A stretch of DNA of 64,000 bases from Yuukianura sp. NJ FZ-2021 (taxonomy: Eukaryota). Under the pieces are notes generated by a model. It saw only the letters and a program-made list of their open reading frames with translations, ran no database searches and had not been told where the DNA came from. Shown piece after piece: positions 38,726-52,500 of the stretch; the stretch's first letter is position 1, and each line of letters opens with the position of its first letter. The stretch spans positions 13,330,001 through 13,394,000 of the forward strand of contig CM102285.1 in the NCBI GenBank assembly GCA_046563655.1, given 5' to 3'. Made by a program: the position numbers and the translations under genes.

Positions 38726-41700
38726 GGATGTACAGTTGGTAATAGTCACAATGGACGGATGAAAAAAGAGTTCTCAGCAGGCGGCGCTCCTGCTGCGTGA
38801 ACAAACCGTAATTAACAATTTCCTAATTTCAGTTTTCAGACTAAAATAAATCGGTTTTCAAAATGGGAAGTAAGAAAATAGCGACAGTGAATGAGTGGAT
38901 TTTGGCGGGAAATGAAAATTTCAGCAAATACAAAAAAACGCTAAAAATTTACCCTTGACCCGAGAGAAAGTTACCCTAAAGTCCTGAGTTGATTGGTTCA
39001 ATGGGTTAATGAATAGGATGTGACGGACAGACGTACAGACAAGGTCATTGTTATAAGACAGTTTCCTGATTTATGTTAGTTACATCCGTAGTAGAAATTA
39101 ATGGTAGAAAAAAAACAGGGAGTTTACTCATTAAAGTTTTGAGTTTGATGATGTTGAGAACTTAGACTTACGTAGAGCATCCGGTGATTAATTTTTTACA
39201 TCTTCTTACGTTAGTACTTTTGAGTGTGTTGTGGGCAATGACATTCTCTACTTGTTTTCGTGCTTTTATGTTTACAAGTTTTACTTTAAAAAGCAACTGC
39301 GTAGCATAAGTTTAGTTTTATAAGAGAAAGATTGAATGAAAACTAATTTTGTTCGAGTAGAAGAGGAAGGTGAGGAGGTTAGTTAAAAGTTTTTAATGCT
39401 GCAAGAACACAATCAAGTGTTATCTTGTTTTCTTAATCTTTTTATATGAGAGTCTTAATCGGTTGTAACGATTAGTTAACTTGATTCTCGTACAAGTTAC
39501 AAACCAATGGTGGTCTGCCTCAAGACGTAAGAACATAGTTGTTTGCAAGATGGGAAAAGCTGATGAGAGTGTTTTAAGCGTAGCGTTATGGAGTGAGACG
39601 CTACGTTCCGTCATTACAAACTCAACTTCTAATGAATCCTAATGTTCTAGAACGAATAACTGAGAAAATAGTTAATTGTAGTCATTTAACTAAATCAAAT
39701 GCTCATCTCCTTCTTCCTCTCTTTTTAACTAACAGTAATGGCTTTTCCTCATTTAAGCTTAGCTTCGCTCCCTTGAACTTACGAGCTCTCAAAAAAGCAT
39801 CCAAGTTGCAAAAAACGTTACCTTGTAAAGCATAACTTTTTTTGGTAACCAGATTGCCAAAAAAAATCAACTAAAGAAAGAGAGAAAAAGTCTAATCAAA
39901 AGATCAAAAGTTTACCAAGCGTCGATTTTTGTTTCTTTTTATGAAAGTTATGAAGGGGCAAAAATGGCAAAAAGAGGAGTTAAAATTGGCAAAATTTGGA
40001 AATATGAAAGTTGGAATTTGGATGTGGAAAAAAATTTGAAAAATTGGTTTAGTCTTTCTCAGGCATGAGGAGTAAATGGTTGATTGAGTTTTTGAAATGA
40101 GGAATTGAATTGTGATTTGATTGGAGAACTGTTGAGTACAGGAGGTTTTAAAAAGGAAAGAAAATGAAGGCAGCTGAGAATGACATGCTTCAGAAGATTT
40201 GTTCTTGTTCTTTCCGCTTTTAGAATTTTTTCTGCTTCTTCTTCCTTTGTTGTAAGACTTCTTTTTTGTATTAAAAAAGGCTTTTTGGAAGATGATTACC
40301 TACTGTAAGGGCATAGTAGTTTCTTAAGTTCTAAGAACGAAGGAATAAACCATAAGCTTTTGTGTAAGAGCTAAATGAGGAAGAGGGGGAATTTGGGGGA
40401 GAAAAAAATTATTCTTTGGGTAAATTGATTGCGGCATGTCTCCCCTCATAGATTTTGGGTTGAATTTTTAAGTTTTTAGAAAACAAAAGATTAAAATGTT
40501 TGATTTTATTATATTTAATGGCATCACCGATGTAGGTATTTTTGGTGCAGTTTGTACTTTTCGAAAAGTGAAAGAAAAAACAATTCTTCAAGCTTTTTAT
40601 ACACTTTGTATTTTGTCTAATAATAAAAGTGGAAAAGACAATAATTTTCCCTCGTCTTTTGCTTTAATTTTCTTTAAAAAGGACTTTTTTCTTTTGTGTT
40701 TTCTTTTTCCTATTCTTTGTCATCAGTGTAAAGGTAATTTTCACATTAGCCAAGCCATCTTCTCTTCTGTTCTCTTTTCTTGTAACTAACTTTTCAGTTT
40801 TTGGTGAATGAATTTTTTTGAGTGAAAAAGTAAAGTATAATAATAATCAGGATTTTGAGTCCCACGAGATGCCGATTATCTTATTTCCTTTTGTCCTTCT
40901 GTCTGTGCGTCTTCTGCTGAAAGTTACAAAGTTTTGTAGCTGCTGCTGCCCAACCAGACTCTAAACGGCTTCGGCCATTGTACTTTACTTTTTGAAATTT
41001 TTTAACAGCAGAAGGCTACATGCAGAGTTCAGTTTGAACAAAAGCTCTTTTCTTTGTTGAGTTTATTGCACAAATTAAATTGAGGACTTAAAAGAGGGTG
41101 TGAAACTATTTAGCAAATGATGGAAAATGGCGAGAGATTGGAGACTTGCGGTTCTTTTTACACAATTTTGTACAGAGATTTTTTACGAAATGCTTGTGGT
41201 TAACCCCATTACTTTTGGAGAGTAAAAATGATCAATTGAAGGAACAAAACAGTGCTTCAATGCGTCACAATTTCAAAAACTAGCCTGTAAGTGACAGACA
41301 ACTAACTTGACATGCCTAGATTTCAAAAATCCCGAATCATGCTAAACTTGATAAGTTGAGTTTCGGACGTTATAGCTTTAACCCGGTATGATAATGTTCG
41401 GCATGAGAATTTGGCAGCAATGTAGGGAATTGTTACATGGTAAGGTTGACGTGTTTAAGCGACTGTTGAAAGTTTAGTTTTCGGTTTTAGCCGGGTAATT
41501 TCCCACGTCCCTATTCAATTAAGGCTTAGACTGAGGGGAAAAATTAAGTCGGAAATGGAAGTTGGGAAATAGTCGCTGGTTATTCGTCCCTCGTGGAAGA
41601 AAGTGATTTTGGAATGATGTAATAATGAGACTTGGTTCCTACTTTCCTTGGATCAACCTAACTAATTCCTAACCTCATCTTTACCCTAGGTCCACCTAGG

Positions 41701-43448
41701 GTAAAGCTTTCCCTCTTTTTTTGCTTATATTGTGTCCTTTTGATTTCGTTTTTCCCTGACTCAGCTCTAGTCGGTAATTATTATTTGCTTTTGGGAACAA
41801 AACTGAAATGAGTTTCCTGGGATGAGTTGGTAACGATTTTCCGATTAAGGAAACTACCCTAGGTTTTGGGTAGGAGAGACAATCAACCAAGTCACAATTG
41901 AGTCAGCACTCATTCAGTGCACAGAGAAAGTGGACTTTAATCGACTTTCCCTCGGTCGAATTACTATTTATGCCCATTTGAGCCTTAAGTGGAACCAAAG
42001 TATGGAGAAAGTCGAGTCCAGAAAGGACAACAACGTCTCAATTACCTGGTTGTTGGGCTGGGTGCTTCCTTTTCAACTTTCCAACAGTTCCCGCCCACTT
42101 TCTCCCATTTTGAATTTATTAAGGGCGCGCGCCAGTTTTTGAAACGCTACGGTAGTAGTGGTGACAAGGACGGACTGTTTGGTTTGTGTTTTGTACGAAA
42201 AAAAAGCCTTTGCTGGGCTGAGAAAACAAGGAAATTGGAAAATATAAAACGAACATGGTGGATTGGATATGTGATTTTTATGCAAAAAAAATTTTGTTTT
42301 TTGACTTTCGAAAAAAGTCCCAACTGGGTGCTTTCACTTCGGACGGCCGCGTGCGAGGAGATCCGATTGTTTAGAAAAATTGGAATTTCAAAATTTATCT
42401 TGTTCAAATATATTTTATAAAAAATCGGAATGGTCCAAGTAATAAATTTTCGAATAAAAAAGGCATGGACAGATCCGGGTATTCTCAAACTAAAAAAGTC
42501 TATCTGCGGTGGTTGCACTGTACTAATCTGGTCCATTTTTTTGAAAAAAGGTTTTTGTTTAAAATTGGTCGTTTTTTAAAATTGAAAATTTGGGATGGAC
42601 CTTATATCAAAATTACAATCACGAAAAAAGGCAACTCTTCGTGTCTTTTTTTTCAAAACCGAAATTGCCCTCAACCCTTTCATTGTCATCTCCTCTCAGT
42701 TTTTTTAGAATTCAAAGTTTCGTTTTTTTGAAACTTTTTTGTCTGTGTCCTTTAGAAGGAAATGATGACTTCATTTCAGGGTCGGAAGAAGTGTGTGTGT
42801 GCTCAATTTAAAAAAATTTAAACTCATAAATCACAAATAATTTTTGGGTGAACCTCCTCCCTTTAACTTTCTAAAAAAACGCTCCCAGTTCGGTTCCTGG
42901 CAGAAGTCAAACTTTTTTTTAGTTTCACTCACAAACCATTTAGCAGCCAACGTCAGGCCGTTTAGATTTTTTTTCTAGCAGGGGAAGAATATTGTTGTGG
43001 TAGGGAAAAAATGAAGTTAAAAAAACTGGGGAAAAAATTCGAACTAAAAACGGTTAGCCGAAAAATGGCAATATTTTATTGGGAATAATGGGCAGAGAAG
43101 CTTTACTTTCGGAGCGTAATTGAATGTTCCTGCCTTCGCTTCATTTCCTCTCTACCGTCTCTCTCTCCCTTTGTTCCTTTCTCCATTATTATTTTTTTCA
43201 GAACTTTGCGCGTTTTGAGTTTCGAAAAGTAAAAAAAAGACTATTGATTCTGTTCAAAACAGAGTTAATTTTTCATTTTTTAGCGTTTGTATGAAACTGG
43301 AGAAAGAGAAAGTTACAAGTGATGGGTTGACTTTGAAATGAAAATGAAAATGATGGTTGGACTGATTTTTTGGGTTAAAATTTTGAAACTCAAAATTTCC
43401 TGAAATTGATGGTTTATTAATTCTTTTTTGTTTTGTTTCTTTTTAGAA

Positions 43449-43529
43449 ATGGACTTGAGTGAATTGATGAGTAGCGTGGAAGGGCGGAGAAGCAGTAGGC
43501 GCTCGACGCTCAACTCGTCGTCGTCGTGA
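43449..43529 (+). other. Upstream ORF (26 aa) in frame with the zfh2 main ORF
   Basis: ATG at 43449, 2 nt after the acceptor at 43446, reads MDLSELMSSVEGRRSSRRSTLNSSSS then TGA at 43527-43529. It lies 102 nt (34 codons) upstream of ATG 43551. Confidence 0.6.
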
Positions 43530-43550
43530 CTCAATTTCCGACGACGGGAC

Positions 43551-46537
43551 ATGGAAGCGTTTCTGGCTCTGGCTTCAGCAGCACAGGGTGATGACTCGTC
43601 TCCGACGAATAGTCTAACGGACTTCCGGAAAAACAACAACAATAGAACCAAGAGTCCAAGTCCATCACGCTCACAGTTCCTCCTGCCCCACCTCTCTCCG
43701 CGAGGGGGCGGTGTTCTTGACAATGGTCACTACTGGAAGTATCTAGTGGGAGAAGGGGGGCGCGGAGGAATGGTACCGCAGGAGCCGGTCATGGCTGCTA
43801 CTACAGACAGTCCGGACGATCCTATTCTACGCCTCAAAAAATCCAAATCCATGAGTCCGACCGGTGAAACCGTAACAGACCGACTCGGAAGTTCAGAAAA
43901 TTTGACTCTGCGCGGCAACAATGTTCCTAATTGTATTGGATCGGCAAGACTCAAGAGTCCGGCGGCCGAATCCGTTGGAGATCGAAGTGACGTTGAACGA
44001 TTCGATGGGAAAATTGTGTACAATCCAGACGGATCTGCCTACATCATAGAAGATTCGGAGATGAGTGAAGAGGAGAGTTTACCAACATTGGAGGGAGCAA
44101 TTGTTGATGGACGTGGGGTGAGTTTGAGTTCGGCTTTACCGCAAATTGCCAATGCCTTCTACGTCTCACGGAATCCGGCTCTGGTTTCGGCTCTTTACGG
44201 TCAGGCCGTGACGAGTCTCCTGGGCGACTCCAAATCCAAAGTTCCTGACATACCGATTATGCATAGCTACAGGGTCTACTCTTGCCGTGATAATAAAAGT
44301 GGTGATAGCCGAGCAGTAACGAATGGAGACGAGGACGAAAGTCCCAGCGACAGAGATGAGCTCGACGACGAGGCGGAACGGAAAGACGCGACCCCCGCCG
44401 ACTACTCTTCAGTTCCTATCAAACCGATCCTAATGTGCTTTATGTGTAAACTCTCCTTTGGTTACACAAAGTCCTTTGTGGGCCATGCCATGGGTGACCA
44501 CAGTCTGAGTCTCTCGGACCAAGAGAAGCGCCTCCTCTCCCAGCGAAATGTTTCAGCCATCATCCAAGCCGTCGGCAAGGTCAAGGACCCACTCATCTCC
44601 TTTCTCGAGCCAATGGGCAACTCCGTTCCTATTACTACAAACAACTCCCCGGCACCAGTTCCTACTCTCGCACGGTCCTTGTCGGCTCATGCGCAGAGCA
44701 AAAATGATCTTGTCCCACCCGAAGGCCCACCGAACAACGTGGGAGCCAATCGCAAGTCACCCGCCTCGTCACCCGAACTACACTCTCCGCGGAAAGATGA
44801 CCAAGGCGGCAGTTCATCTTCGTTACCAATTTCGTCTCACTCGAGTAAGTTGTCGGCTCTTGTCGGAAGTGGAGCGGGAATGGGCATGGACTTGACCAGA
44901 AAAAGTCCAGTGAGTGGCAGAAGTAGTGTGAGTCCAGGAAATAGCGTTTCTCCAGCCCCAACGACTCCGAGCGCAGGCGTCGTGACCAGTCCTTCTCAAT
45001 ACTCTATGAATTTGACAATGGGAAACAACAATGGGCCACCTAACTTCATGACTGGGACTACAATAGGGGTTTGTCCAGAACATATGAATGGACGACCAAG
45101 CGGAGTCGACTGTTCCAAATGTGAACTCATCCTTAACTCTAGTCGGATGGGAGCTCTTGGAAGTCTCCATACGAGAAATAGTTGTAAAACACTCAAATGT
45201 CCCAAATGTAACTGGCACTACAAGTATCAAGAGACGCTGGAAATTCACATGAAGGAAAAGCATCCAGACAATGAAACGAGTTGTATCTACTGCATCGCAG
45301 GTCAACCGCATCCGCGATTGGCTCGCGGAGAAACGTATACGTGCGGGTACAAACCCTACCGCTGCGAAGTTTGTAACTACTCGACAACAACCAAAGGGAA
45401 TTTGTCTATCCACATGCAGTCAGACAAGCATTTGAACAACATGCAAGAAATTCAAAATGGCGGCGTCCCTCCTCCAGAGTCACTCGTCAACCAGTCACCA
45501 CAAGCTGCGCAGACGCAAGCGAAAGCTCCAGGCATGAGTCCGTCACCGAGTGCTGGGGGTGGAGCTAATGGTCAAGCTCTGTCTGTATCCCAGTCACCAA
45601 AACCGAAACCAACATTCCGTTGTGAAATTTGCAATTATGAAACCAATGTTGCTCGAAATTTGAGAATTCACAACACAAGTGAAAAACATACTCACAACTA
45701 CATGGTCATCCAACAAAATGTGAAGCATATGCAACATCTCAATGCTCTGCAGCAGCAAGCGCCCTTTGACCCCGCAGCTCTCCTGCAATTCCATCCGCAA
45801 CTGTCCGCTTCCTTGTCAGCAGCAGCAGCAGCTTCTGGAAGCGGCGGTGACAAAGGTGGGCCACATAACGAAGCAGCCCTAGCTGACATGGCGTACAATC
45901 AAGCTCTACTTATTCAACTCATGACTGGAGGTCAACTGCCACCCCACATTCCACCAGAATTGGCTCCTCATATGGACTTAGGACTCAATCCAGACACGAT
46001 GGAACCCCCTCCAGAACCACCAGATCCAAATCCAACTCATCTTTTTACATGTTGTGTCTGTACTTCCTTTAACACTGACAACCTGGAGTCACTTTCCCAT
46101 CATTTGACCCATGACCGAACCAAAGTCCGGGAGTCAGACAGTCTCGTCCTTGTCCATGGGAACTACTTGTGTAAACTCTGTTCCTACAAAACCAATCTCA
46201 AAGCCAACTTCCAACTTCATTGCAAAACGGACAAGCATCTCCAACGTCTCCAACATGTCAATCACATCAAAGAGGGTGGACTTCGTAACGAATGGAAACT
46301 AAAGTACTTGAGCATGAGTAATCCCATTCAAGTTCGCTGTAACGCCTGTGACTACTACACGAATTCGGCCCACAAACTCCAACTTCATGCTGCTAATCAA
46401 AGACACGAAATCTCTGTCCTCATCTTCCGCCATCTTCAGTCCCAAGAGGCTGTCATGCATGAAGACGCTCGAATCTACGTCTGCGCTCTCTGTGGCTTCA
46501 CTACGAGAGTCAAACTTCAACTTCTTCAACATACTCG
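43551..46537 (+). CDS. zfh2: zfh2 coding exon 1 (N-terminal zinc-finger clusters)
   Basis: Part of ORF 43551..46718. The exon probably opens at acceptor ...ttttgtttctttttAG|43447. It ends CAT ACT CG|GTCAGT (phase 2); the protein-like sequence stops at QHTR and the remainder of the ORF is intron-like. The start ATG is inferred. Confidence 0.9.
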
Positions 46538-49500
46538 GTCAGTACTTTTCATACTCTCTGAAGTACTTCCAAGTATAATTAATTACTTTTTTTTCATTAT
46601 CACCTTCCAACCACTTAACCTCTTTGGAAATTGGTATTTTAGAGGGAGTGGGCACTCGCAGATGAGATTCCTAAGGTTAATTCAATTGTGTTTCTCACCT
46701 AATGTGAAAAAAGTATGAGGTGGACTCTAGTGCAATTAGCAGATGAACAATAAGTTAAGGAAACTGGTCTCTCTCTCTCTTGTTTCCTTGTAATGAATAT
46801 TGAATTACGTCGTAAATTCCTTATCCATTAGTTGCTTGACAATTGAAATTACAAGGGAGGTAAAGAATAATACTCTTTTTTTTACTTTACTTTATGCTAT
46901 GTCCCAGAATTACCCTAACATTTTAACATATGCTATGCTTCTATGGCCTTAAATCCAGAGAGCAAGTAATTAAAGTCAAGGTGTCTCGTTTTTCCAACAA
47001 GTTCAATTCAGTTTATGAGAAGAGACGAGCTGTTTCGTCCATCTTCTGAGTGAAGATGGAGAGATTTAAATAAAACATCTTTGTACATTGTACAAAATAC
47101 AATAGGAATCTCTTGTAACCCATTTAACGTTTGTTGTACTTTGAGAGAGGGAGAGAAATTTAATTAATTTGAAAACCTTACCGTAATTTACACAAGTACC
47201 GTTAAATTTTTGTACGAAAAAAACACGAAACACGACAAGGGGAGGTTGTTGATCGTTGTTTGAAGTAATTTGAAAATGATTCAGCAAATTGACAATCATT
47301 CAAACTTGTAACATTTGTTGAATTGTTTAACAAAAAAGAAACTGAGTTACAAAAAATTAGTTTTGTGTTGATTAGTTAAGTTCAGGGTTTTAGTGTATTT
47401 GATGGTTCAGTAATTAGTCTAGAGTAATTATGATTAGTTAATTACACTAAAATTACTAATTGGAACTAATGTCAAATGTTTTCTTGTAGATCTCTAAAAC
47501 ATCTTCAACTGGAACAGCTTCATAGTCTCCAGCGACGTGCTGAGGGGAAAGATGGTATTCCAGACTTGGTTCAAATTTTTCGTGTTCTGGAACAACCCGA
47601 TTCAGCCGATTCTCCAGGCCCTCCAAATTCTGGACATCAACAGACGCTTCTGGACTACTTCAGTGATCCAGGTAAGCAAAAAATCCATTCGTTGCTTGAT
47701 ATCTTGTTCTCTTGTTTTTAATTTAGTACTTTATTTAAGTAGAAATGCTTTTAAGCAATGCAGCAGCAGCAGGAATTTATTAACTTGTTATGGTTAGGGA
47801 GTAATGTTGAGGCCATCGTCCATCCCAGAGACTCAAATTGTTGTTTTGAGATAATTAAGTTGATTTGTTGGTCATTTTCCCTAAGTTAAGACGGACGTAG
47901 AATATGGGATAGGTGCATTACTTTTAATTTAGTGCTTACGGCCCATTAGAGACTCATGGAAGATGAAGGAATTGTCACTTTATGGAAATGGGCAAAGGAT
48001 AACGTAACATGAACACCTTTACCCCCTCATAAAAGTCTCGACATTTAAAATTTTTCTGAAATTATGAGGGGACGTTAGGAGCAAAATGACATGGAAATTA
48101 GTAAATGGTTTTTAGGACATGAAAAACTGTCACTATTTTTTGAAAATTAATGCCCTGTAATCAATTACTAATTAAGAATTCACTAAACATGTCTACAGCC
48201 TACCCTAACAAAAAAATGCTTCAACAAAGCTTATGTGCGCATTCACTTATTTTATTAATAATGGAGGAAGTAACTATGACCATTAATGCGGAGGGAGTAA
48301 CTATTTGCACCTTAAGCACCAATCATCAACCCATGTTGTCACTCTTTTTTTTCCAGAATAAGTGTCCATAATTTTATTAATGAGTTCCATACTAAACTAG
48401 TTCCGCCACTATGCTAACTTTTTTTTCCTTTGATGTTTGGGGGTGGTGAGTCCTTAAGTTCGTTTTTGTGTGTCACTTGAGAGCTAGTGAAAATGGATTG
48501 ATTGTTATTTGTCCTAAAATTGGAAGGAAGGAGTATTTAGACGCTAGAGAAGGGAAGTGTTAGGAGAAAGTAATCATTTGTTAGTCCACGACATAAATAT
48601 TTAAGGAGAAAGTTGGAGTGGACTTTTGAATAATAGGGACAACCAAAACCATTACAAAGTTTGCTTACAAAAGGTGTAAAAACGAAAAAAGAAAGACGTT
48701 TTCAACGCGTACTAGCACAAGAACAATTCAAAACAAGAGGGTTTTGGAGTGGACACTTTGTGAAAGAAAAAAAAGTATGGGGGGATATTTATTTCTTCTT
48801 TTCTTTTTTCAAGATTTTTTTTCTTTTGGAAAAGACGAATTATGTAGGGTGTCAGGGACCAACGGTGAGATACAGACGGTTAGTGGTGTTAGCATATGTC
48901 CATTCGGATCAGGTTGCATCATCTTCAGCATCACAAAAGTTTTTATTTGAGACGTTTTGTTGTTTGGCAAGATTCGGAGGATAACCATATTTCCTATTTT
49001 TGGTGACATTCAAAGTGTCATGTACAGTTTGAAAAATGGGCGTAGATTTTCCATACATGTTGACGTTATTTTATTTTTGGGTGTTGAGAATTTTGAAAAT
49101 GATGCATAGCTAAAGTAAGATGATGCATCTGGAAAGAGAAACAAAAGGGGGCGATTAAGTTAGTGTTGTTATGTGTTGGAAGTGGAAATGAGAAGGTGTG
49201 AATCCTTAAGTGTCATTTGCCTACTTGAAAAGATCTTTTGTCTTGAACTTTTTAAGAGTCCATTCAACTAGGTAGAGGATATTAGTCTCAGATGAAATTA
49301 AGACTTGATGAGGGTGGAGAGAACAAAAGAGAGGAGAATTTTTGAGGACTGATTCTCCCCTCATGGAATCTGTAATGAGATTGGAAATAATTAACTTCAT
49401 GTTCTAATTAATTCTCACCTGGGAACTTACTAAAAGCTTAAGACTATTCTTCTCACGCTGAAAATTAAAGTGACTGAGCAGAAAGAACGGAAAGTCAAGG

Positions 49501-52500
49501 GCATGGAGGGGTGTGACATTAGACACAAAAAAAAAACAAGAAAAAACCAAGGTCAAAGAAATTAAATTTTAAGAAAAGTAGAATTTGGTTTGATAATTCA
49601 TAGTAAAAAAAATTAGTGGTTTAAGTGTTTATTAACGTTAATTTTAATTGACTTTGGTTTTAATTAACTTGTCCTTGAGAGGCACAAAGTGGTTTTTGGG
49701 AGGCGCTGGACAAATTGGCCAACTTTTTTTTTTGGTAATTTGCAATTTTGCAAATTTTCCAACTTTTAACATAATTTTTTGTATCTTCCAGACATAAGAT
49801 GAGATCAGTTTTTTGGTACTACAAGAGGTTAGGGTTGGATGATTCATTTTTGTCAGCTAGTCTTCTCTACTATTCTGTGTAATGATGAGAAAGTAGAATT
49901 TTTTGGCTAATTATCACCTCCACTGAAGCATCCGCTTTGTACAATCACTTTGGCCCCACCCAAAATCCACCCGTCCCACCATCACCTGCCTTGGCGTCTG
50001 TCATGGACAAAGTTTCTGCCTAATCGCTTCCCCTCCCCTCTGTTTTTGTTTTTCATGATCTTCAATATCCTACCCCTCCTCCTGTTTTGTCTTTTGATTC
50101 CTTTGAGAGCGGAAGGTTAGGCAATGCATCTGAAAGCAATTCCATTGTACTTTTCTTATTCCTCATCGGGATTCTTCTGTTTTCCATCATTTCATCCCTA
50201 GAAAACATTTTTTTTTATTCTTGAGGGATAATTTTGATCACGGATCAATGGTTTTTTCTTTTTCTTCATTTTCAAAAAAAGTGATACGCTTGAGTGCAGA
50301 AAAGGTTTCTCCGAAATGAGCTAAAAGACAAAAAGTAAAAAGAGATTGGAGAAGATGCCGCTCCATAGTTTTCGGTCTATTGGAAACAAAAGGAAATGCA
50401 AACAATTACAGTTTTTACATTAAGGATACTTCAGGTCGGTTTTCAAGAAAAAGATTAGAGGTTTTTGAAAAAGTTAAAATTTCTTTAAAAAAAAGTTTGA
50501 AATTTTTTTTTCTTAATTTTGGTGGTTGCATGACACTGAACTCAAGGTCTATTGTTCCGTTGTACCTGAAGGAATATGGCGAGTCTGTCTGGTTCCAAAA
50601 ATTTTTGGACATAATCCCAATTAGGACTTTTAATAACAATGGGAAATTAGAAAAAATTATAGGGAAGGTGGTAAAAAAAGAGTAATTAGATGCTTCCGAA
50701 GTCAGAGAACCCGCCTTGCCCTGTGCATTTACACTAGTAAGCATAGTATCTCCCACTAACATCTGAAACAAAAGCATTTAAGAACAACCTTTCTGTGTAA
50801 GTTCAAACACGAACTGACAAACTTGCTCATGAACTCTTCATTTTCATGACATCCATAAAAAGATGAACACGAAGGAGTCAAACTGGAACTTTGACGAACA
50901 GAACTTGTCCAAAGGGCATTTTACGCGAATTTGAGTTTTTGAGTGGAGGTGGAAGGTTTTTGCAATTTTGCAATTTTAGGAAGAGTTTGAAAAGCTGCTG
51001 CTGCAAATTAGGAAACAAAGCTTTTGGCAAGTTAGGTTATGTTTTTGCATGCATTTTCACCTTTTTTTGCTAAACCTTATGGCTTTTTGTAAAAACTAAT
51101 TGAAATTGCCCCCATCAAAACTAGATAAGGAGATGATTCTGAAGAAGGAAGCAGCCAGCGTCCTCAAACATGCCCTTGAAAAGGAATCCTCTGACCTCAA
51201 TGATCTCAGTTGTCCATATTGCACGTTCGTCACTGACTCGGAGACAAGACTCACACAACATTTGACCTCACAGCATTCTGGAAGCGATTTGTCATCTTCA
51301 CTCAATTCAAGTTCATCAGGCGGAAGTGGTCAACGCCCAAGAACATCCGATGGACCACGAGCACCTTCGACCTCCCCCGAATCAAAATCGGACAACTCCG
51401 GAATGACTTGTCCACTATGTCAAGAACCATGTCACGACCGACCTAATCTAGAGTCACATGTCATGTCAGTCCACTCTGTCAATGCCGAAGGACTTCAACG
51501 TATTCTACTGCTGGTCAACCACTCGGGGTGGATGAATCCGTCACCACCAACTAAACAACAGCAGTCAGCCAATCAGAGCTACTCGTCATCCGGAGATCTT
51601 AAATCAGACTCAAATGATGAAAATGAAAAAGACAAATCCGAGAGTGAGAGCTTCCAAGACGAAAATTTGGAGTCAGAAGATGTGAGATGTTCAACTTGTT
51701 CCAAACTTTTCCGAAGTCTAGATGACCTCTGTCACCATCAAAATGACCTTGGGCACTTTGAGGTCAAACAATCCCCTGGGGGCATAGTGTACCTCTGCTG
51801 GAAGAAAGGCTGTAACCAGTACTTTAGCAGTCCAACGACACTTCAAAATCACTTTCGAGAGATACACTACTTCCGACGCAGAAATTCCACGGCTGCGCCA
51901 GTCACCGTTTCAGAAAAGCATATCCACAAGTTTCGCTGTAACCAATGTTCACTTGCATTCAAAACAATGGAAAAACTTCAAATTCATGCCCAGTATCACA
52001 CGATTCGTGATGCTTCAAAATGTAATTTTTGTGGCAGAAGTTTTCGTTCTGTTTTGGCTCTTCAGAAACATGTAGAAACGAGTCATGCTGAACTAAGTGA
52101 AGAGGAATTGGCAACTTTCAAACAAAGAATTGCATCTAATCCACTCCTCCTAGCGGGAATAACTGGGCAAGTTTTGGATTCAGCTATGAATGAACTGTTG
52201 AAAAAAGAATCAGCTCGAGATGATCAAGAAATGATGGAAGTAGATGAAAGTGGAGAAGCAGTTGAAAGTGGAGATGGAGATTCTAATGATTCCGGAGGAA
52301 GTAAAGATCAGCAACAACTTTTTGAAGACTATTTGAACACACAGGCAATGGCTGAAGATTCGTACAATGATCCTACAAGAAAATACAAATGTCATAGATG
52401 TAAAGTTGCTTTTACAAGACAAAGCTACTTGACCTCTCATAACAAAACGTTGTTACACCGCAAAGGAGAGAAATTGAGTTACCCTATGGAAAAATACCTT

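Noticed and set aside
38775..38795. GC hairpin CAGCAGG-N7-CCTGCTG as a Helitron 3' end or terminator
   Set aside because: No CTRR terminus at a suitable distance on either strand; intrinsic terminators are not relevant in this eukaryotic context.
267..42811. Dozens of 60-157 aa ORFs in the upstream region
   Set aside because: F/K/L-rich translations of poly-T/poly-A sequence, often with non-ATG starts, and no domain or exon-chain support.
46538..46718. C-terminal 60 codons of the 1055-aa ORF
   Set aside because: Read-through into the intron; the zinc finger is completed only by splicing to 47490.
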